Assembly: GCA_963664395.2 (NCBI GenBank)
Contig: OY761159.2
Location: forward strand, 2,080,001-2,144,000
Origin: Candidatus Binatia bacterium
GTDB lineage: Bacteria > Desulfobacterota > Binatia > Bin18
DNA length: 64,000 nucleotides
Reading direction: 5' to 3'
Shown here: positions 58,558 to 64,000 of the stretch, piece by piece
Position numbering within the stretch: position 1 is the stretch's first letter
Layout of the letters: each line of letters starts with the position of its first letter
Translations under genes and position numbers: made by a program
The notes under the pieces: generated by a model
The model's input: the letters and a program-made list of their open reading frames with translations, nothing else
Database searches by the model: none
Told to the model about the DNA's origin: nothing

Positions 58558-58985
58558 TGCGGTACGCTTATCCATGCGTCTTGACGCCTGAAGAAGGCGG
58601 GGGCTTTTTCGTGCGTTTCCCCGATGTGCCGGGAGCGCTGACCTGTGGCGAAGACCGGACCGAAGCGTTGATGATGGCCGAGGACGCCTTGGCTGTAGCT
58701 CTCGCCGGTTACGTTCAGCAGCGGCGGGACATTCCCGCCCCAAGTCCTGTTAAAGCCGGCCAGGCAATCGTGACCCTGCCGCCACTTGTCGCCGCAAAGC
58801 TCGCGCTGTACACGGCGATGCGTCAGCAGGGCGTCACCAAGGTGGCCCTTGCAACTCGTTTGGGCCTGAGTGAGTCCGTCGTGCGCAGGCTTGTGAATCC
58901 CGAGCATCGCTCCCACATCAGCCAGATCGAAAAAGCCCTCCGCGCCGTCGGGCGCAAACTCGCAGTTGAGGATCAGGCGGCGTGA
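58557..58985 (+). CDS. hicB: HicB antitoxin with C-terminal HTH
   Basis: EEGGGFFVRFPDVPGALTCG..R.EAL.MAEDAL, HTH TKVALATRLG. Confidence 0.92.
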   Translation: MRYAYPCVLTPEEGGGFFVRFPDVPGALTCGEDRTEALMMAEDALAVALAGYVQQRRDIPAPSPVKAGQAIVTLPPLVAAKLALYTAMRQQGVTKVALATRLGLSESVVRRLVNPEHRSHISQIEKALRAVGRKLAVEDQAA

Positions 58986-59096
58986 GGAAGAGTCACTATT
59001 GGACAGAAGTTGGAAATCAAGCAGCAGGTGTTTCGGGTAAACTAAGGAGTGGGTGGAATTCGGCTTGATGTCAGGGGCACAGGCGGCCGGCCCGGC

Positions 59097-60062
59097 TCAG
59101 CGTATCTTGCCTTCAACAAAGGGGACTTCGTAGGCTTTTTCATGATTGATAGGACCGTGCCCGAAATAGCCCTCTTCGCCGAATAACTCGCCGTGGTCTG
59201 CGGTAATCGTAATATAGGTATTTGGGGGGACGATGTCGAAGAGGCGTTCAAACACTTCGTCAAGGTAGCGGACGGCATGGACCTGTCGCTTGCGGAGACG
59301 GTCGAGTTTGTCTTGATCGAAGAACCGCTCCCCTTCTTCATCTTCAATAAGCTTCCCGCCGACGACGGCGTCATCAAGATGCTTAAAGACCCCGTGGACG
59401 CCGTGAATCTTCGGCCACTCCTCGCTGGGCTCGTTGGGTAACGCGTACGGATAGTGCGTCTCTCCGACATTCAACAAATAAAACGACGGCCGGTCAGGAG
59501 AGAAAGATAACCGCTCAACCATAGCAGCCATGTCATTATGGGTTGGCATCAGTGTAAATGAGTCGAAGTCCTTATTGAGCAGCGTGGCGGGGTTCAAAAC
59601 GGGCAAAGAGACCATCGCATGCGTATGGTAGCCCAGCTTCCATTTTAAGAATGTGGGTAAAAAGAGCTGCGGAACCAGGCTTTTGAACTCAATCCGTTCT
59701 GCTCCGAGGCGTTCCTGGTATTTGAAAAAATCCCGTTTGTAATACTCGGAAGCATAGACTTGCTGCGGGCTGGAGTGGGGCAATAAGCCCATCAGCAGGT
59801 TGTAATGAGACGGGGCTGTCCAAGACGCATAGCTCCAACGACGCTGTACCTCACCCAGGGCACTGACCGTTCTCGGCCGGGCTTCCATAAAGGCATCATA
59901 CCGGCAGCTGTCAAGGATCACGATGAGGTAATTATTCCTGCCCTGGGGGGGAGGAAGCTGCCGCTCCGCGGCGACTTGGGACGGCGTAGCCAGCCGTGTC
60001 TCAGCCGGCTGGGGCACCTCCCCAGACCCGCCCCGATTGAAGAGCCGCTTCAAAATACCCAT
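59097..60062 (-). CDS. Sulfatase-like/alkaline phosphatase superfamily hydrolase or transferase
   Basis: ILDSCRYD, SWTAPSH, THYPY, TADHGE, GHG. Confidence 0.82.
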   Translation of the reverse strand: MGILKRLFNRGGSGEVPQPAETRLATPSQVAAERQLPPPQGRNNYLIVILDSCRYDAFMEARPRTVSALGEVQRRWSYASWTAPSHYNLLMGLLPHSSPQQVYASEYYKRDFFKYQERLGAERIEFKSLVPQLFLPTFLKWKLGYHTHAMVSLPVLNPATLLNKDFDSFTLMPTHNDMAAMVERLSFSPDRPSFYLLNVGETHYPYALPNEPSEEWPKIHGVHGVFKHLDDAVVGGKLIEDEEGERFFDQDKLDRLRKRQVHAVRYLDEVFERLFDIVPPNTYITITADHGELFGEEGYFGHGPINHEKAYEVPFVEGKIR

Positions 60063-60091
60063 GCCTGCTCCTTACTGGCGATCCTTACTTT

Positions 60092-60805
60092 TCAAGACTT
60101 TTCAAGAGAAATATCGACCGGCTGCCGGTGTGCCGGTTCAGGAAAAGAATGGGAGAGAACGCGTTCAGGATCGTGTCCCCCAGCGCGTAATAAGCGGACC
60201 ACTTCTGTCTCTGGTAGAGGCGTTCCTCCCCCAAGGAGGCGCGCCCGGAAGAGAATCTGGGCGGCGTGCTCAAGCATCTCCAGCTTTGAGTAGGCCTCTT
60301 GGAGAGTCACGCCTACCGTTACAGATCCATGCCGAGCTAACATAAGCGCGTCGAATTGGCGGATGAGGGGACAGATTGCCTCACCGGTATCACGCGTACC
60401 GGGCGTGACATACGGGACAGTCGGAATGGCGCCCAGGGCAGTGACGACTTCGGGCAATGTACCGTCGGCAAGCGAGATGCCGGCTAAGGTGCACGCAACC
60501 GCTGTTGTCGGATGGGCATGAATGACCGCCGCAACATCCGTCCGCTCTCGGTACACAGCAAGGTGGAGGGCGATTTCCGATGACGGCAAGCCCTCGTCAC
60601 TCACCGGCTTCCCCTCTAAATCGGTCTCAATCAATTGCTCGGGTCGCAGAAAGCCTTTGTGCACCCCTCGGCACGTGACCAGGATACGGTCCGGACCAAG
60701 GCGGACGCTGACATTCCCTTCTGAAGACGCAATGAAGCCCTTGTGGTACATGGCGTGGCAGATAGTCACGAATTCAGTCGTTATAGCAGGCCGGTTGGTA
60801 TTCAT
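60092..60805 (-). CDS. Class II aldolase/adducin family protein
   Basis: EGNVSVR, PSSEIALH, HAHP, RHG. Confidence 0.9.
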   Translation of the reverse strand: MNTNRPAITTEFVTICHAMYHKGFIASSEGNVSVRLGPDRILVTCRGVHKGFLRPEQLIETDLEGKPVSDEGLPSSEIALHLAVYRERTDVAAVIHAHPTTAVACTLAGISLADGTLPEVVTALGAIPTVPYVTPGTRDTGEAICPLIRQFDALMLARHGSVTVGVTLQEAYSKLEMLEHAAQILFRARLLGGGTPLPETEVVRLLRAGGHDPERVLSHSFPEPAHRQPVDISLEKS

Positions 60806-61045
60806 AGCTGTTCAGGAGGGCCAGGGTCCTCTCTCTGGTATGGAGATAGCGTTTCATTCACCAGACTGTCGTAAATCTGTTCAGGCTTTTTTACAAGAGA
60901 CTGGACAGAAAAATGGGCACTATCCCCGGTCAGAGAGAATGCGTCCGAGCCTGTGTGGTGGAAGAGGTCGGTCCGGCTATTCAGGCTTTGTAGAATTCTG
61001 ATAGGCTAAACGGACAGCAGACAAGGAAGGTGAGGAGGTGCATAC

Positions 61046-62224
61046 GTGACTGCGGACGCTGATCTATTTCATCCCTCTGCAGAGCATCGTCTTTTACGCC
61101 GGACTATTCGGGAGTTTGTCAAAAAACGGGTTGAGCCGCAGGCGCTTGAGCACGACCGGCAGGAACGCTTCAATATCACGCTCTTTCGCGAGCTCGGTGC
61201 ACTCGGACTCCTGGGCATTACTGTGCCGGAACAGTATGGCGGCGCAGGCATGGATGCGGTGGCGGCCGTTATCGCTCATGAGGAACTGTCCGCCTCAGAC
61301 CCCGGTTTCTGTCTGGCCTACCTGGCACACGCCATGCTCTGTGTCAATAATTTCTGTCGCAATGCCAATGCCGAACAGCGACAGCGGTATTTACCCGCCC
61401 TCCTCTCCGGCGAATGGGTCGGAGGGATGTGTATGACGGAGCCCTCAGCCGGTACGGATGTGCTCGGTATGAAAACTCGGGCGGTCCGCCGTGGGGACAC
61501 CTATGCCATTACCGGTCGCAAGATGTTCATTACCAATGGCGCTCTTGACGACACGACGTTAGGGAACTTCTTTCTCGTCTATGCGCAAACGGAAAAGGGC
61601 CTGAGTTCGTTTGTTGTTGAGAGGGACTTTGCCGGCTTTTCGCTGGGCCAACGGCTCCACGGGAAAACCGGCATGCGCGCCTCAATGACCGCCGAGCTCG
61701 TCTTTGAAGACTGTCAGGTTCCGGTCGCAAATCGCCTGGGCCAAGAAGGCGATAGCGTGCTCCACATGATGCGCAACCTGGAGATCGAACGGGTCACTAT
61801 TGGAGCCATGTCCACGGGCATCGCCGGGCGGTGCGTCGAAGATATGACCCGCTATGCGAGTGAGCGTACCGCCTATGGGCAGCCGATTAATAGCTTTGGT
61901 CAGATCCAGCGCTACATCGCTGATTCCTATGCGCAATACATGGCTGCTCGGACCTATGTCTATCACACCGCGGGGATTATGGACCTGGATACACCCGGCC
62001 ACCGGGTTGACTCGGATGGCGTCAAGCTTGTCGCTACGACAATGGCGAAAACCGTCGCCGACAACGCCATGCAGGTGTTAGGTGGCTATGGCTATTTTAA
62101 CGAGTACGTTGTTGAGCGCTTATGGCGGGATGCGAAATTGCTGGAGATTGGAGGCGGCACCCTGGAAGCGCATCAAAAGAATATCACCAAAGACCTGACG
62201 CGTCACATGGACCTCATCCGCTAG
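61046..62224 (+). CDS. Acyl-CoA dehydrogenase (isovaleryl-CoA dehydrogenase-like)
   Basis: CMTEPSAGTD, KMFITNG, LEIER, QVLGGYG, RDAKLLEIGGGT. Confidence 0.92.
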   Translation: MTADADLFHPSAEHRLLRRTIREFVKKRVEPQALEHDRQERFNITLFRELGALGLLGITVPEQYGGAGMDAVAAVIAHEELSASDPGFCLAYLAHAMLCVNNFCRNANAEQRQRYLPALLSGEWVGGMCMTEPSAGTDVLGMKTRAVRRGDTYAITGRKMFITNGALDDTTLGNFFLVYAQTEKGLSSFVVERDFAGFSLGQRLHGKTGMRASMTAELVFEDCQVPVANRLGQEGDSVLHMMRNLEIERVTIGAMSTGIAGRCVEDMTRYASERTAYGQPINSFGQIQRYIADSYAQYMAARTYVYHTAGIMDLDTPGHRVDSDGVKLVATTMAKTVADNAMQVLGGYGYFNEYVVERLWRDAKLLEIGGGTLEAHQKNITKDLTRHMDLIR

Positions 62225-62234
62225 GGAGAAAGAC

Positions 62235-62426
62235 ATGCGCTACCTATGGGACCGCATCATGATTGCCCTCATGGTTGGGGTGATTGGCTTTTGCATGTTT
62301 GAGATATGGAACGAAACCCTGGAGCCCCTCCGGTGTACGGTTGGCATCGGGGGAGCCGTGCTGGTGATTATCCTCAAACTGAACGCACTGAGGAAGCCGC
62401 AACAGGAGACACCCTCCAAGCCGTGA
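62235..62426 (+). CDS. Small two-TM membrane protein
   Basis: RBS GGAG, two hydrophobic segments, fills the operon gap. Confidence 0.55.
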   Translation: MRYLWDRIMIALMVGVIGFCMFEIWNETLEPLRCTVGIGGAVLVIILKLNALRKPQQETPSKP

Positions 62427-62440
62427 ATTCTGCATTCTCC

Positions 62441-62956
62441 ATGCGAAAAAGAATATCCAACGCGGGCTTTACCTTTATAGAACTGATCCTGGTCCTCGTC
62501 ATTATCAGTATTGCCTTTGCCATTGTCGCGCCTGCTGTCGGGAATCGTCTTAACCGTGGTGACCCGAAACGGACGGCGGCGCAGTTACGGACCACACTGG
62601 AACTCTTACGCCTGCGGGCAATCACAGGCGGCACAGAACAGCGGCTCATCGTTGACCCGCAAGACAATCGGTATTGGCAAGAGTCCGGGCGTCATGTTGC
62701 AGCTCGGGATGACAGTAAAAATGAGTCCGACCAGGACGATGAGCAGACCACTCCCTCGGACGAAGATGTCCAGCTATCAGCCACGAGTCTGTGGGTGCGG
62801 GAGGAGGGGGAAGTTGAGTTCCGCTTTTATTCGGACGGGACAAATTCCGGCGGGAAGATAACAGTGGAACAGCAGCGGGGAACGAACGTGGTCGCGTATA
62901 CCATCGCGCTCAATCCGCTGCTTGGAACCGCCACCGTCCACTATGCCGGAGAATAG
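62441..62956 (+). CDS. gspH: Type II secretion minor pseudopilin GspH-like
   Basis: G|FTFIELILV prepilin motif and FYSDGTNSGG. Confidence 0.85.
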   Translation: MRKRISNAGFTFIELILVLVIISIAFAIVAPAVGNRLNRGDPKRTAAQLRTTLELLRLRAITGGTEQRLIVDPQDNRYWQESGRHVAARDDSKNESDQDDEQTTPSDEDVQLSATSLWVREEGEVEFRFYSDGTNSGGKITVEQQRGTNVVAYTIALNPLLGTATVHYAGE

Positions 62957-62996
62957 TCAGAGGGCGGAGGGGAACCGCCACCCAGAGAGGGAGTCC

Positions 62997-63461
62997 GTGA
63001 AGTTGAGGGCTGCGCACATCGGGCGGGCCGGGTTTACTCTCTTAGAGGTCATGGTCGCGCTCTCTATCCTGGCGGTCGGCCTGGTGGCCGTGCTTGAACT
63101 CCTTGCCGGCAGTCTCCGTCTCACAGGCAAGGCCTCACACCGCACCCAGGCAGTCATCCATGCCCAGAACGTGATGGATGGGTTTTTTGCCCCGGATTTC
63201 CTGGAAGATGGAGAGGAAAGCGGAGAGCTGCCGGATGGTTTTTTTTGGCGGGCGCAGGTGCAGGAAATCTTTCCGGATGAAACCGAAGAAGAGGCCGCGG
63301 AAAGGGAAAACGATGCGCTGGGCGGCCAAACATCCTTGCTTCACATCAAGGAGATCACCGTCAGCCTCGGCTGGGAGGAAGGGGAGAGCCACCGGAGTTT
63401 CGAGCTGCGTTCCATGCGCCTCATGTACGAAGAGCCCGATAGCCTCAAAGAAGAGGAATGA
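62997..63461 (+). CDS. gspI: Type II secretion minor pseudopilin GspI-like
   Basis: G|FTLLEVMVAL. Start uncertain (62943 or 62997). Confidence 0.85.
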   Translation: MKLRAAHIGRAGFTLLEVMVALSILAVGLVAVLELLAGSLRLTGKASHRTQAVIHAQNVMDGFFAPDFLEDGEESGELPDGFFWRAQVQEIFPDETEEEAAERENDALGGQTSLLHIKEITVSLGWEEGESHRSFELRSMRLMYEEPDSLKEEE

Positions 63462-64000
63462 AAAGAATGAACGTGTCCTCCAATGATCCAAAGCTGCTGG
63501 ACACGTTTACTCTTTTAAGCGTGCGATCCGCCCGCGGCTTTACCCTGCTTGAACTCCTCATCAGCCTGACGCTGATGAGTCTGGTCACCCTCGGCGTCTA
63601 TGCCGCGCTCAGCTTTGGCGCCAACGCGATCGAACGCGGCGAATCCCGGAGTATTGAGAACCAACGTGTCCGGGCGGCCCTTTCACTGATTGTCCGCAAA
63701 CTGAAGTCCGCCTACCCGCTCATGCTGCTGGTCGATGGCAAGCGCCTCGTCTACTTTTTTGGTGACGAAGAGGAACTCCGTTTCGTGGCCTCTGCCGACC
63801 GGCCTGAAATCGGCGGGTTGGAGAAGGTCTCCTACTTCATCAAAGAAGAAGACGGAGCGCGCGAACTGTGGATGCGTATTTCGGCGCCGACCTTACCGGC
63901 AGATCTAGCCGAAGAGCGCGAGGGAAGTTTATCCTTGGAGGCCGAGGTTCTGTCCGATGTTGACGAGCTGGTCTGGGAGTATTTCGGGCAGCGGCAAAAC
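63458..64000 (+). CDS. gspJ: Type II secretion minor pseudopilin GspJ-like (runs off window)
   Basis: Manual translation RG|FTLLELLISLTL. ATGA overlap with gspI, or alternative GTG at 63521. Confidence 0.82.
   Translation, partial: MKRMNVSSNDPKLLDTFTLLSVRSARGFTLLELLISLTLMSLVTLGVYAALSFGANAIERGESRSIENQRVRAALSLIVRKLKSAYPLMLLVDGKRLVYFFGDEEELRFVASADRPEIGGLEKVSYFIKEEDGARELWMRISAPTLPADLAEEREGSLSLEAEVLSDVDELVWEYFGQRQN
63461..63516. repeat. About 56-bp palindromic element (GAGTAAACG family), copy 4, at the gspJ 5' end
   Basis: AAAAGAATGAACGTGTCC...CAAAGCTGCTGGACACGTTTACTCTTTT, most similar to 19983-20035. Confidence 0.8.

Larger units (their letters stand above)
57461..59039 (+). mobile_element. Cargo cassette bracketed by the 14-bp direct repeat AGGTGTTTCGGGTA (duplicated mod 3' end)
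   Basis: Identical 14-mers at 57461-57474 and 59026-59039. The second copy continues as VFRVN*. Confidence 0.65.

Noticed and set aside
1-64000. tRNA, rRNA, integrase or transposase genes
   Set aside because: None recognised by eye or in the ORF track.

Overview
GC-rich bacterial chromosomal segment with a diderm envelope (TonB receptors, MlaA/MlaC, T2SS pseudopilins, hopanoid genes). The content fits a Binatia/deltaproteobacterium-like, possibly host-associated organism, but that is inference only. From left to right: (1) an AT-richer HTH-dynamin-like GTPase gene followed by an LRAT/NlpC-P60-like gene that runs off the left edge; (2) accessory metabolic genes; (3) a hopanoid tailoring and transport cluster (hpnL, hpnJ, hpnI, hpnK, hpnN, hpnM/mlaC, mlaA) with an embedded aminoethylphosphonate-type module, split by two paralogous TonB-dependent receptors; (4) a MaoC/MaoC/PHP/DUF35/thiolase-like module; (5) decayed coxD-coxE; (6) metH and an NtrBC-type pair; (7) a defence island containing vapBC, a type III-like R-M res/mod pair, two hicB genes and a nonsense-mutated hicA; (8) gspH-I-J. 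The main hidden signal is in the defence island. A truncated Schlafen/AlbA_2 gene is joined out of frame to an unannotated C-terminal PIWI fragment of a prokaryotic Argonaute (57866-58252), inside a cassette bracketed by a 14-bp duplication of the mod gene 3' end. The window also carries several palindromic repeat families (some nested, some translated in frame) and recurrent short tandem duplications at stop codons. No rRNA, tRNA, CRISPR array, integrase or transposase was recognised.
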